Assembly (NCBI GenBank): GCA_963737265.1
Contig: CAVTRY010000011.1
Location: 480,001-544,000 of the forward strand
Length of the DNA stretch: 64,000 nt
Source: an uncultured delta proteobacterium
GTDB taxonomy: Bacteria; Myxococcota_A; Polyangia; Fen-1088
Direction: 5' to 3'
This document shows, piece after piece, positions 19,154 to 29,488 of the stretch. The notes beneath the pieces were generated by a model. The model had not been told where the DNA came from, ran no database searches, and saw only the letters and a program-made list of their open reading frames with translations. Each line of letters opens with the position of its first letter. Position 1 is the first letter of the stretch. Both the position numbers and the translations under genes were made by a program.

Positions 19154-20845
19154 CTACTTCCCTCGCGTGTCCACGAATTCAAACGCCGGCAATTCCCTGA
19201 TCCCGTACGCGGTCAACGCAAAGTCATCGAGCCCCGCGAAGTCGCGCTCGCGAAAGGCCTTCTTGATCTGTTTGCACAGTGATGCCGACAGACTGTCCGG
19301 TGCTGGCAGCCGAATGCGGCGCAGGTACTGGGCCTGGAAGCGTAGATAGCCGCCGCGCATCTTGACTGCGTAGGACCACACGAAGAACAGTGCCACGCGC
19401 GAACTAAGCAGGCCGCCGAGAACCTCCAAGTCCCATTGGTCGGAAGTCACGAAGTACAGGTTGTGATGCGGATGGAACTTGCCTTCGTCGTAGGCAACCT
19501 CGTTTGCGCCCGCGATGTCGGGAATGAGCAGCTTGGGCGTGCCGACGAGCTTGGGGTAGACGCGGTCGATGGTACGAAACCAATTGGCCGGCGCTTTTTG
19601 GGCCACGTGCCGTTTCCGAACAGCAGGCATATTCGCCTTCAGATAGCGGGCCAGCTTGGGGTAGTCAGCGAGATTGACCACGCCACCCTCGTCCCGAAAG
19701 GTGTTGATGACGTACCGGCGGGCGTCGCGAATTCGCCCCTGGTCGATTTCGTCCCGCATGACCAAGGGCACCAGCCGCTCTGTTTCGATGTCCGCGTCCT
19801 TGCCCACAATGAAGACGGCGTCACAGCCCGTGGCCACGCCGATGCCCACGTGGGCGACGGCGTCCTTCTCAATGGGGGCGAATTTACCCTCCAGCAAGCG
19901 CAGCGTTTGGTTCTGTTCTGGGGAGGTCACAATCCAGGGTGCGTCGCCCCCGAACCAGGTTGGGTAGGATTCAACCTGGCTGTTGTCACCCGACCCGCTT
20001 CCTTGAACCGCTGCACGGATAGCTTCGCACTCTATGGAAGTGCCGGTGGTCATCCGCGCCACCACGACTGGACCGGCCGGCTCGCGGCCAATGGAGAAAA
20101 TGGCGGGATACGCCGACACCTCGGACTCGAAGGGCGAGGCCCGGTGCAAATCGACGTAACACCGGACGTGATAGCGCTCGGCGATCAAGCGTCGCAAGGG
20201 GGCGCCGTAGCGATTGAGCGTCCACCGATCCGCGCACACGTACGACAGCACCCCGCGCGGACCGAGAAGCTGGAGGCCGCGCTCGATAAAGGCCACGTAG
20301 AGATCGGCCCGGTCGTAAATCGACTGGTAGCGCGCGCGATACTCGGCTTGCAGCGCCGGCGCGATCTGTTCAATGCGGATGTAGGGAGGATTGCCGACCA
20401 CAGCATCGAACTGTCCTTCGCATGGCACGAGTAGGAAATCGCCCTGCCGGATCCAGGTCTGGGCCAGCTTGGAGGCGTCGGAGCCGCTCGCCCCGTATCG
20501 CCGAAGGACTTCAGCGACAGCGGAGCGAGAAATGGCAACATGGTCTTCGTCGATATCGAAGGCGTGCACGCAGGCCGCCAGTTTGTTTGGCTTCACCCTC
20601 GCGGCTTTGGCCGCCTTCATAAGTCGCTCGACGGCAGGCACCAAGAAGGCCCCGTGTCCGCAGGCCGGTTCGAGCAGCCGCATTTGCGCCAGGTCTTGGT
20701 CGCGCGAATAACCCGCGAGATCGAGGATGAGCTCTACGATATGGGGCTTGGTAAGGACCACGCCGTGAACCTCGCCCGACGAGCGCTGCCCATAGTCATA
20801 GGCCTCTTTCGGGAAGGTGATGGGGAGATTCATGGTGAGCTGCAT
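19154..20845 (-). CDS. Type II N6-adenine DNA methyltransferase (PaeR7I/XhoI, Eco57I-like gamma class)
   Basis: LLEPACGHGAFL motif I; VVGNPPY motif IV; ADLYVAFIERGL; MRGGYLRFQAQYL. Confidence 0.92.
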   Translation of the reverse strand: MQLTMNLPITFPKEAYDYGQRSSGEVHGVVLTKPHIVELILDLAGYSRDQDLAQMRLLEPACGHGAFLVPAVERLMKAAKAARVKPNKLAACVHAFDIDEDHVAISRSAVAEVLRRYGASGSDASKLAQTWIRQGDFLLVPCEGQFDAVVGNPPYIRIEQIAPALQAEYRARYQSIYDRADLYVAFIERGLQLLGPRGVLSYVCADRWTLNRYGAPLRRLIAERYHVRCYVDLHRASPFESEVSAYPAIFSIGREPAGPVVVARMTTGTSIECEAIRAAVQGSGSGDNSQVESYPTWFGGDAPWIVTSPEQNQTLRLLEGKFAPIEKDAVAHVGIGVATGCDAVFIVGKDADIETERLVPLVMRDEIDQGRIRDARRYVINTFRDEGGVVNLADYPKLARYLKANMPAVRKRHVAQKAPANWFRTIDRVYPKLVGTPKLLIPDIAGANEVAYDEGKFHPHHNLYFVTSDQWDLEVLGGLLSSRVALFFVWSYAVKMRGGYLRFQAQYLRRIRLPAPDSLSASLCKQIKKAFRERDFAGLDDFALTAYGIRELPAFEFVDTRGK

Positions 20846-20851
20846 GGAAGC

Positions 20852-21586
20852 CTACTTGATGGCGGCCAGGTAGCCCGCAACGTGACCCGCGAAACTGGCG
20901 AGAAAGCGCTTCATCGTCAGATCTTCGGCTGGCTCCGCGAAGTCACCCCGGACGCCGCCCTTCTCTGTAGAGGTTAGAAAGGTCGCCGCGTCGTAAAGCT
21001 TCTCGTACACCAACTTGCGCAAGAGAAGCTCGTAGCGACCGGCGCAGGAGGCGGTGGAAAACTCTGAGAACACCTTGAAATGCGGCTCGGCCACTGCCAC
21101 CGGACGAGTTGAGCCAGCGCATTCTTCGAGGAGCATCACCCAACCGAGCCACGGGCGCGGTCGTCCCTTGCCATAGGCGCCCTCCCGAAATGCAGTCCAC
21201 AAGTCGGTGGCGGTCCCGAGCGCCTCCTCGGTGCGGTTGTTGAAGTTGTTCCCGAAGGATGGGCCACGTTGCGACTTGAATTCCACTGCGGCCACCAGGT
21301 GACCTTCATGCGCCACCAGCATGTCCCACTCTTTCGTCGGCCTAAAGAAGCCTGGGATTTCGCGGTCTGCGCGCATGTAGATACCGGCCTCTCCAAGACC
21401 GTTTTCGTGCAGGACCCAACGGGCCAACTCGCAGAATCCGTCCATATGCTTGCCGCCAGTGGCTTCCGAGCGGCGCCCGTGGTCCGTCCCGGCTTTCTGT
21501 CTGCTCAACTGGGCAGCGCGCGTTCCCCAGTAGTGGGCGACGGCTTCGCGGAGACGGTCTTCGAAGGGTGGCAGAACGATGGGCAT
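20852..21586 (-). CDS. PaeR7I/XhoI-family type II restriction endonuclease
   Basis: PGFFRPTKEWD, EFKSQRGPSFGNNFNNRTEEALG; directly upstream of the MTase. Confidence 0.9.
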   Translation of the reverse strand: MPIVLPPFEDRLREAVAHYWGTRAAQLSRQKAGTDHGRRSEATGGKHMDGFCELARWVLHENGLGEAGIYMRADREIPGFFRPTKEWDMLVAHEGHLVAAVEFKSQRGPSFGNNFNNRTEEALGTATDLWTAFREGAYGKGRPRPWLGWVMLLEECAGSTRPVAVAEPHFKVFSEFSTASCAGRYELLLRKLVYEKLYDAATFLTSTEKGGVRGDFAEPAEDLTMKRFLASFAGHVAGYLAAIK

Positions 21587-21766
21587 CCGGCGACGAATCA
21601 TGGCAGTTAAGGTTATCGGCGCATAGCCGAAAAAGGTGCGTGCGGAAGGCACGCTCGATGAGCGCTCCGGATGGGCATGGCGACCTCCGGTGCCTCGGGA
21701 TGTCCGCCGCTCTCCCTCCGCTACGCCCGTGCCGCTTCCAGCGGCGGCAAATGGTAGTATTGCCGC

Positions 21767-22188
21767 GTGACCATCGAGGAACTGACCCGCGCGCTCGGCC
21801 AGGCCCTGCAGGGCGGCCCGAGGTGCGCCTGGCGCTGCTCTTCGGATCGTCGGTCACGAGGGGATTGGAAAACGCCCGCGACCTCGATGTGGCGGTCGCC
21901 TTTATGCGGTCCGTCTCCTTGATGGAACAGTGCCGCCTCGGCGAACACCTGGAAAAGGTCGCCGGTCGCGAAATCGATCTCGTCGATCTGGACAGCGCCT
22001 CGACCCTCCTGCGCGCGGAGGTCGCACGCCACGGGGTTTTTCTGTGGGCCAGGGATCGGCGCGATCTGGTGGATTTCCGGGCGCGCGCGCCGCTTGAATT
22101 CTTCGACTTGCAGCCCTACCGCGAACGCGAGGCAGAAGGACTGCGCCGGATCTTGGAGGCGGCAAGGTGGTCCAGCTCAACCTCGTGA
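21767..22188 (+). CDS. MntA-type minimal nucleotidyltransferase antitoxin (frameshift near 21815)
   Basis: GTG start MTIEELTRALGQAL shifts into EVRLALLFGS...DLDVAV...IDLVDL. Confidence 0.8.
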
Positions 22189-22595
22189 GAGACAAGATCG
22201 TGCGCTTGCGCGACACCGCAGCGGCGCTACGGTCGTGTCTGCCTGGCACGGCGACTTCCATGACAACGAGTCGCGACGTTCGCGACCTCGTGTCCTTTCG
22301 CGTTTACTTGGCCGTCCAAGAAGCCATCGACCTTTGCTCGCATGTCATCGCCGACCGGGGCTGGGGCCCGGTCGCCAGCTTGCGCGACCACTTCACGCTG
22401 CTGGGCAACAAGGGCGTCCTGCCGACCGAGCTGGCTGGACAGTCTGCCACCGCCGTCAAAGTGCGAAACCTGGTCGGCCATGGTTACGCCGACGTGGATC
22501 CGGAAAAGATGCGCGAAGCTGCCGCCATCCTGGTGTCGCTTGTCGATCCATTCTGCGACGCGATCTTGGCCTTTGCCGGGACACACGCGACCTGA
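22167..22595 (+). CDS. HepT/DUF86 HEPN RNase toxin
   Basis: RNLVGHGY (RX4HXY) motif; overlaps MNT gene. Confidence 0.85.
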   Translation: MVQLNLVRDKIVRLRDTAAALRSCLPGTATSMTTSRDVRDLVSFRVYLAVQEAIDLCSHVIADRGWGPVASLRDHFTLLGNKGVLPTELAGQSATAVKVRNLVGHGYADVDPEKMREAAAILVSLVDPFCDAILAFAGTHAT

Positions 22596-22628
22596 GCGCG
22601 AGAAGTCGATCGCGCACAGCCAGAATTT

Positions 22629-24878
22629 CTAACAACAGCGGCTTGGGCCGTGCGGGTTGTCGTATTTGTCGGCGAGGGTTTGGCTGAGCGCCTGGTCGGG
22701 CGGGAGTTGCGTGCGGGCGGCGGCGGCTTCGCCGGAGAGCTCGCGCACGAGGGCGCCCAGAATGATCACGGCCGGGCCAAGTTGCCACCAGGCGCGCCGA
22801 GCTTCCGACTCGATGACGGTCTTGGGCAGCCATTCCGGCGAGGTTTCGTGCAAAAGCGCGGATTTTCGCCGCAGCAGAACGAGCGCCCATTCGCGGAGGG
22901 AAACCGCCAGGATGGCCACGACCAGGACGAGAAAGAGCCCGGCCACAACGGCGTCGAGACGGCTATTGAAGATGAGAGCGCGGGTGGCGGCGACCTTGGC
23001 GGCGGGAATCTTGCCGGCGGCGAGTTCGGCGCCAAGCTTGCCGGCCATGGCGAGAAAGCCGATGCGCGGATTGGGATGGGCGATCTTTTCCATGCCGGCG
23101 GTGAAGGTGACCGCACCCAGGGCGACCAGGGGCAGTAGCACGACGAGCGACAAGCGCGCCCGCCCCGCCTTGATCAAAATGGTGGTGCCCAAACACAGCG
23201 CCACGCAGGCGAGCAATTGGTTGGCGATGCCGAAGAGTGGCCACAGCGAATTCACGCCGCCCAGGGGATCCTTGACGCCGGAATAGAGAAAATAGCCCCA
23301 CGCCCCGGCGAACAGCAGGCTGGCGCCGATGTTGGCGGGATAGAACTTGGTGTCCCCGGCGCGCCTCCAGATGCGGCCACCGAGCTCTTGGATGAGGAAG
23401 CGGCCGATGCGCGTGGCCACGTCCACTGTGGTCAGAATGAACAGCGCCTCGAACATCAGGGCGAAGTGGTACCAGAGCTTCATGGCAGCGTCGCCGCCGA
23501 TGATGGCGCGGAAGATGCTGGCCATGCCGATGGCCAGGGTGGGTGCGCCGCCGGTGCGCGCGAGAACGCTCTTTTCACCGATGGCGCTGGCGAGCGCATG
23601 GATCTGGTCGGCGCCGACCGGGAAGCCCCAGGCCGACACCGCCCGCGCCACGGCATCGGGCGCGCTGCCCACCAGGCCGGCGGGGGCGTTGACGGCGAAA
23701 TACACGCCGGGGTCGAGCACGCAGGCGGCGATCATGGCCATGATGGCGACGAAGCTTTCCAGGCACATGGCCCCATAGCCGACGGAACGAATGGTGCGTT
23801 CGCGGGTAATCATCTTGGGTGTGGTGCCGCTCGATACCAGCGCATGGAAACCGCTGATGGCGCCGCAAGCGATGGTGATGAAGCAGAACGGGAACAGGCT
23901 GCCCGACACCACCGGGCGCATGCCGCCGGTGAAGCTTGAAGGATTGGTCAGCCAGGGCATCTTGATGGGCGGCAGAACGACCACGATGCCAATGGCCAGC
24001 AAGATGACGACGCCGATTTTCAGGAAGGTCACGAGATAATCGCGCGGTGCCAGCAGCAGCCACACCGGCAACACGCTGGCGGCAAAGCCGTAGACGATGA
24101 GGCAGACGGCGAGCTTCTCTTTGCTGAGCGTGAACATGGGCGCGAGCGTGGGATGGTGGTTCACGGCAAAGCCCGCCAGCAGCGACACCGCGAGGAACAC
24201 GACGCCGATGGCGGTCATCTCCATCACCTTGCCGACGCGCAGGTAGCGCAGATAAAGGCCCATGAGCATGGCGAACGGCATGGTCATCCCCGTCGTGACG
24301 ATGCCCCACGGACTTTCCGCCAAGGCGTTGTCGACCACCAGGGCGAGGTTCGCGACCAGAATCACCAGGATGCCCAAAATGGCGAACATGGCGATGGTGC
24401 CGGCGGGTCCGCTGACTTCTTCGCGCACCATCTCGGCCAGGGATTTTCCGTCGCGGCGGACCGAGGCGAAGAGAATCACGAAGTCTTGCACCGCCCCGCC
24501 GAGCAGGGCGCCGATGAGGATCCACAACGTGCCGGGCAAGTAGCCGAACTGCGCTGCCAGCACCGGGCCGACGAGCGGTCCGGGGCCGCTGATGGAGGCG
24601 AAGTGGTGGCCGAAGAGGACGAGCTTGTTGGTCTTGACGAAGTCGCGGCCGTCGTCGTGCACCTCGGCGGGCGGGGCGCGCAGATCGTCGAGCATTAGCA
24701 CCTTGGCGGCGATCCACTTGGAATAGAAGCGGATGCCGATGGCGTAGCTGCATAGGGCGGCGACGATCAGCCAGGCGGCATTGAGGGGCTCGCCGCGGCG
24801 GAGGGCGATGACCGCGTAGGCGGCGGCCCCGAGAAGAGAAATCAAGGTCCAAAGAATCGTTCGTGCAACGCTCTTCAT
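22629..24878 (-). CDS. cstA: Carbon starvation protein A family transporter
   Basis: LFGHHFASISGPGPLVGP, APRDYL, ACGAISGFHAL, LWPLFGIANQLLA. Confidence 0.95.
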   Translation of the reverse strand: MKSVARTILWTLISLLGAAAYAVIALRRGEPLNAAWLIVAALCSYAIGIRFYSKWIAAKVLMLDDLRAPPAEVHDDGRDFVKTNKLVLFGHHFASISGPGPLVGPVLAAQFGYLPGTLWILIGALLGGAVQDFVILFASVRRDGKSLAEMVREEVSGPAGTIAMFAILGILVILVANLALVVDNALAESPWGIVTTGMTMPFAMLMGLYLRYLRVGKVMEMTAIGVVFLAVSLLAGFAVNHHPTLAPMFTLSKEKLAVCLIVYGFAASVLPVWLLLAPRDYLVTFLKIGVVILLAIGIVVVLPPIKMPWLTNPSSFTGGMRPVVSGSLFPFCFITIACGAISGFHALVSSGTTPKMITRERTIRSVGYGAMCLESFVAIMAMIAACVLDPGVYFAVNAPAGLVGSAPDAVARAVSAWGFPVGADQIHALASAIGEKSVLARTGGAPTLAIGMASIFRAIIGGDAAMKLWYHFALMFEALFILTTVDVATRIGRFLIQELGGRIWRRAGDTKFYPANIGASLLFAGAWGYFLYSGVKDPLGGVNSLWPLFGIANQLLACVALCLGTTILIKAGRARLSLVVLLPLVALGAVTFTAGMEKIAHPNPRIGFLAMAGKLGAELAAGKIPAAKVAATRALIFNSRLDAVVAGLFLVLVVAILAVSLREWALVLLRRKSALLHETSPEWLPKTVIESEARRAWWQLGPAVIILGALVRELSGEAAAARTQLPPDQALSQTLADKYDNPHGPSRCC

Positions 24879-24921
24879 GAGGGATGGAGGCGGCCGGGAT
24901 GGCCAGGCGAAAGTCTAGTCC

Positions 24922-25348
24922 TCACTTTGCGCGCGCTCCAGACTCCTCGCCGCGGGCGCCGATGGCTTTGCGAATGGCGGCGAATAGGTCCGAGGAATCG
25001 AAGGGCTTTTGCAGGAAGTGCTCGGTCAGGACGGGTTGTTGGCGCGTGGCCAGGCTCGAACTGATCGTAGCCGGACATGAACAGCACGGGCAGCCCGGGC
25101 CGCAAGCTGCGCACCCGTTCGATGAGCTCCTTGCCGTTCATCTCGGGCATGACCACGTCGGTGATGAGCAAAGCCACGGGGTAGGTCAGCACCTCGACCG
25201 CTTCGATGCATCGGCGTCCGCTGTCCACGGCGATAACCCGGTAGCCGTTTCCGCGTAGGGCGGCTTCCATCGACCTGCGCACCAGGGCGTTGTCTTCAAC
25301 GAGCACGAGCGTCTCCTGCTCGCTCGGTTGTGGGATTGGAAAAGACAC
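24922..25348 (-). CDS. Single-domain response regulator (frameshift near 25060)
   Basis: VLVEDN, LLITDVVMPEMNG, LFMSGY, then FLQKPF in the adjacent frame. Confidence 0.8.
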
Positions 25349-25433
25349 GGCTCGCGGAGCATACCATCGTCGAAACGATCGTGATGATCCATGGACAACC
25401 GTGGGGCGGCCGCCGTAGGTTCTAGGCCTCGCC

Positions 25434-26639
25434 GTGAATTCCACCCCTGATGTTCCCGTCGATGTCGCCGTGCTGGGCGCTGGTATCAGCGGGCTTTCCT
25501 TTGCACACCACAGCGCGCGCGCCGGACTGCGCACGCTGGTCCTCGAGAAAGCCGCCGCTCCCGGGGGCAGTATCCACACCGTGCGCACGCCCGAGGGCTT
25601 CTGGCTAGAGCTGGGCGCTCATACGCTTTACAACTCCTACGGAGCGCTGCTGGAAGTCGTCGCGGCGCTCGGTCTCGAGGAGCACGTCTTGCGGCGCCAG
25701 AAAGCACCGTACCGGCTTCTCATCGAAGGAAGACTGCGTTCGGTCCCGTCGCAACTCGCGCTGGGTGAATTGTTCGCGTCGGCATGGCGCATCTTCAGCG
25801 AGCGCAAAGACGGCCGCACCGTCGGTGACTACTACGGCCGACTGGTCGGCAAACGCAACTGGCGGTGCGTCTTCGCCCCGCTGCTGTCGGCCGTGCCCTC
25901 GCAGCGCGCTGACGACTTCCCGACCGAGATGCTGTTCAAGCGGCGTCCGCGTCGCAAGGATTTGCCGCGCAGCTTCACCCTGGAAGGCGGCCTGAACACG
26001 TTGATCGAACGGATCGTCCGCGCCGAGGGCATCACGGTGCAGGCGAATCGTGGGGCGCGCGCCATCAAGCGCACCGAGCGCGGTTTTCTCGTCAGCACCA
26101 ACGACGGCGCCAGCGTCGAGACGCGCAACCTGGTTTTGGCGCTGCCGCCGGATGCCGCCGCAGGCCTGCTCCTTCCCATCGCGCCCGGCGCGTCCGCGGT
26201 CCTTGCGCGCATTCGCATCGCCTCCATTGACTCTACTGGCGTGGTGATTGCCAAGCGCGACCTGTCCATCCCTCGCCTGGCCGGGCTCGTCCCGGTGGAC
26301 GACATCTTCTTCTCGGCGGTCAGCCGCGACGTGATTCCCGATGATCGCTTTCGCGCCCTCGCCTTCCACTTTCGCACCGGGCTCTCGCGCGACGAGCGAC
26401 TCGATCACATCGCCGCCGTGACCAAGACCACGCGCGCAAGCTTCGTCCACGTCGCCGAGCACGCGACCTCCCTGCCCTCGCCCGGCCTCGGCCATGCCGA
26501 TCTCGTGCGCGCCATCGACGAGAGCATCGCCGGCTCGCGCATCTTCATCACCGGCAACTACTTCGGCGGCCTGGCCCTCGAAGACTGCGTGCTGCGCTCG
26601 GTGGCCGAAAGTCGGCGCCTGGTTAGCGAGTGTAGATGA
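25434..26639 (+). CDS. FAD-dependent oxidoreductase, protoporphyrinogen oxidase-like
   Basis: VAVLGAGISGL, LEK...GG, ELGAHT, GNYFGGLALEDC. Confidence 0.8.
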   Translation: MNSTPDVPVDVAVLGAGISGLSFAHHSARAGLRTLVLEKAAAPGGSIHTVRTPEGFWLELGAHTLYNSYGALLEVVAALGLEEHVLRRQKAPYRLLIEGRLRSVPSQLALGELFASAWRIFSERKDGRTVGDYYGRLVGKRNWRCVFAPLLSAVPSQRADDFPTEMLFKRRPRRKDLPRSFTLEGGLNTLIERIVRAEGITVQANRGARAIKRTERGFLVSTNDGASVETRNLVLALPPDAAAGLLLPIAPGASAVLARIRIASIDSTGVVIAKRDLSIPRLAGLVPVDDIFFSAVSRDVIPDDRFRALAFHFRTGLSRDERLDHIAAVTKTTRASFVHVAEHATSLPSPGLGHADLVRAIDESIAGSRIFITGNYFGGLALEDCVLRSVAESRRLVSECR

Positions 26640-27756
26640 CGATTTCCCGGTTGTTGTCGGACGTCTTGCGCGCAATCGCGATCTTGTTTCCGCCCGCCGA
26701 CCACGGATAGGGCTGCTTGTCCGGCAGCGGGATCTCGCCGATGACGGTTACCTTCGCGCTCGCGGGATCGAGGCTGAAGAAATCGAGGGCAAAGCGTGTC
26801 GACTCGTTCATATCGCCGCGCTTTTGCCCTGGACGATCCGCGAGCAACGAGAACACCACCTTGCCGCCCAGCTGATGCTGCTCCAGCGACGTGGGATCGT
26901 AGTCTTGCTTCGGTACTGTCAGATCGATGGCACGAACCTTCTCGCCCGGCCCCACCAATTCGTACCCCTGCTGGCCTTCGGCCGGGACGATGACCGCCGG
27001 CAGATCGGGCTTCTCGCCCCGCTTGCGAACGTAGTCGAGAAAATTATCCAGCTTGGGGGGCGTTTTGCCCGGCCCCGTCTTGCCGCTCTTGATGTCGTAG
27101 AGCGCAAATTGCGGCGGTTGGCGCACGTCGGTCTTGCGGTTGTAGGCGCCGGGTTTCTCGACCATCGCGGCGAAATGGCTGTTGGTGAAACCAAAAAATG
27201 TCGCCCCGTCCAGCCCGGCAACGTTTCCGGCACTGTCGACCACCAAGTCGTGCAGCATGAGTGTCGATCCGTCGGGCCGGTAGGCCTGAATGCTGAAACG
27301 CCGGTTGCCCCCCGGTTCGGTCCTCTCCGAATAGGCCACGAATGCCTTGGGCGACGTGGAAATTTCACAAGAGTCGAACGACTCCGTGGTTCGGCGAATC
27401 CTGCCGCTGGAATCCACGATGGCGGCCCGGCGCTGGCCTTCGTTCGACACCACGAACCAGTAGCCAGCCAGTCCAAGAATCTTTTCCGGCGTGGCCGAGA
27501 AGCTGGCGATGTCGGAAACATGTTGCTTGCCCCCCGGCGGCCCGACGAGAAACTGCACGGCGCCCTTGGCGGTGAACTGGATGGTGGCCAGCTTGCCGCC
27601 GGTTTCGTCGAGCGCGAAGGCGTCGTGAAGCGTGCCTCCGCTGGCGGTAACCTTCCCGGAAGGCTTTAGGAGCTTGGGCGCTGCCAGAAGGGGGCCGCTG
27701 ATTAAACATGAGAGCGAGAGCGCGGACAGCGAGAGGAAGGTCATGCTGCGCTTCAT
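26623..27756 (-). CDS. Hypothetical secreted protein (beta-propeller-like)
   Basis: Signal peptide; long ORF rich in beta-strand-like segments. Confidence 0.65.
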   Translation of the reverse strand: MKRSMTFLSLSALSLSCLISGPLLAAPKLLKPSGKVTASGGTLHDAFALDETGGKLATIQFTAKGAVQFLVGPPGGKQHVSDIASFSATPEKILGLAGYWFVVSNEGQRRAAIVDSSGRIRRTTESFDSCEISTSPKAFVAYSERTEPGGNRRFSIQAYRPDGSTLMLHDLVVDSAGNVAGLDGATFFGFTNSHFAAMVEKPGAYNRKTDVRQPPQFALYDIKSGKTGPGKTPPKLDNFLDYVRKRGEKPDLPAVIVPAEGQQGYELVGPGEKVRAIDLTVPKQDYDPTSLEQHQLGGKVVFSLLADRPGQKRGDMNESTRFALDFFSLDPASAKVTVIGEIPLPDKQPYPWSAGGNKIAIARKTSDNNREIVIYTR

Positions 27757-27826
27757 GGCGCGCATCTTACGTCCATGTCGGAAGAATTCGTCAAGCCATT
27801 CGCGCCCCAGTTTGCCAACCCGTTGT

Positions 27827-28404
27827 GGGTGCCTCCCTGAAACGGGGGCCCCAGCCGGGGGCTCGGTGAGGTAGCAACTTCTGGCGGAGTGCCGCCGAAA
27901 ACGCAGATATGGAACAGCGAGGAACGGAGAAACAGAGACAGGATGACTTTACTGGGCAAATTATCGCCGCCTGCATCGAAGTCCACCGTCACCTCGGTCC
28001 CGGGCTGCTTGAGTCGGCCTACGAGCACTGCCTGGCGCGCGAGCTAGGCCTGCGTGGATTTCGCACGCAACGTCAGGTCGCGATTCCTCTGCAGTACAAA
28101 GGCATTGACCTCGACTGCGGCTATCGCCTCGACCTCATGGTGGAAGGCCGTTTGGTCGTCGAAGTCAAGGCGGTAGAGCAGTTGCTTCCTGTCCACTTGG
28201 CACAGTCATTACCTATCTCAAGCTCCTACGACTGCCGGTGGGCCTGCTCGTCAATTTCCACGTCCCCGTACTTCGCGAGGGTCTCCGCCGCCTCGTCAAC
28301 CCAACCCGTGATTCCTCTGGTCCTCCGTTCCTCCCTGTTTTTCCCTCCGATCCCACCTGCGCGGGGCGAGGTGAAGCCACAGCCCCCATTTCAGGGAAGC
28401 ACCC
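27827..28404. mobile_element. Non-autonomous 578-bp element with terminal inverted repeats, carrying a GxxExxY gene
   Basis: IRs GGGTGCCTCCCTGAAACGGGGGC (27827-27849) and reverse complement GGGTGCTTCCCTGAAATGGGGGC (28382-28404), 21/23; ACCCGTTGT directly repeated at 27818-27826 and 28405-28413. Confidence 0.85.
27909..28311 (+). CDS. GxxExxY protein (PD-(D/E)XK-like); frameshift near 28205, 3' end uncertain
   Basis: IEVHRHLGPGLLESAYE, YRLDLMVE...VVEVKAV; continues as ITYLKL...GLLVNF in the next frame. Confidence 0.9.
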
Positions 28405-28456
28405 ACCCGTTGTTCGGATCTGTGTATCGGGACGAGACACGGCTACAATAGTTCCG

Positions 28457-29437
28457 GTGTACGCGAGCTTGATTCTGGCCACCGCTCAGGCCGCCCTGGT
28501 CACGGTTGCCCCTGGTCCGAGCGACAACTGCCCGTCTTCGGCGCAGGTGCTGGCAGCGCTCGAATCACACGCACCAGCCTTGATAGCGCCAGGCACGGAT
28601 GGCGATTCGGCCGGCCAAACGACCTTGGTGCTCTCACCCGCGTTGGCCACCGGTGAGATCACCTTCTTCCTCCTCGACGGGGCTGGCCGCGTGAAACTGA
28701 ATCGCACCTTGCCTCCTCCCGATGGAGATCGCGGGCGCGACTGCGCCGCGCTTGCCGACACCGTGGCCTTGATCGTCGACCGCTACTACAACGAGGTCGA
28801 ACTGCCTCCGCTGCCCGAGAAAAAGGCCAAGGCCGAGCCAGCGCCCGCGCCACCTTCACAAAAGCTCGCGCGCGAGCCTGAGCTCAAGCCCCAGATCGAG
28901 GCTGGAAAGTACGCGCTTTCCCTAGGTACAGGCAGACGGACGCCGGACTCCGCGACGTATCTTGGCGGAGACGAGATTAGCCTGATAGGCGGAATGGCCG
29001 TGGCTGGGTTTGGACGGCGCGGAGGGCGGCTGTGGCTCGAAACGTCCGCGGGCATCGTGGGGATTGGGATTGTGTATTGGGGCTGGCCGCAGGGGAATGT
29101 GACCGTCGTCCGCACCGCTTGGGGTCTGTCTGCTCTGCTGGCCTGGCCGGTGTGGCGCGGGCGCCTCTACGCGGGCGCGTCGACTTCCGTCGAGTACCTC
29201 TGGTTAGATGCCACGTCCAACAGCCACCTCCAGCATGAAACGCGTCTGGCTTCGTCTTCCGGCCTGCGTGCTGGCTACTTGCTCTTCTTGCGAGAACACA
29301 TCTTCGTTCGAACGGACTTGGGCGGCGACGTCGCCACTGTGCGCTATAGACTTGCAACGCAAAGCGGCTCTGGCACGCTGCTTAGCGCACCGCGGGTTTT
29401 CGCCACGGTAGCCATTGGCGTTGGAATTTCCTTCTGA
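28457..29437 (+). CDS. Hypothetical secreted protein, possible C-terminal beta-barrel
   Basis: CPS...RTL...DCAALADTVALIV; terminal GVGISF; first gene of ECF cassette. Confidence 0.6.
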   Translation: MYASLILATAQAALVTVAPGPSDNCPSSAQVLAALESHAPALIAPGTDGDSAGQTTLVLSPALATGEITFFLLDGAGRVKLNRTLPPPDGDRGRDCAALADTVALIVDRYYNEVELPPLPEKKAKAEPAPAPPSQKLAREPELKPQIEAGKYALSLGTGRRTPDSATYLGGDEISLIGGMAVAGFGRRGGRLWLETSAGIVGIGIVYWGWPQGNVTVVRTAWGLSALLAWPVWRGRLYAGASTSVEYLWLDATSNSHLQHETRLASSSGLRAGYLLFLREHIFVRTDLGGDVATVRYRLATQSGSGTLLSAPRVFATVAIGVGISF

Positions 29438-29488
29438 TCTGGGATGATGAAGTCTGGCCAGCACGGTCTCTAATAGATAAAGGCAACG

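Noticed and set aside
28238-29437. 399-aa ORF from 28238
   Set aside because: Its 5' part is the frameshifted GxxExxY tail plus element end; a better start is GTG 28457
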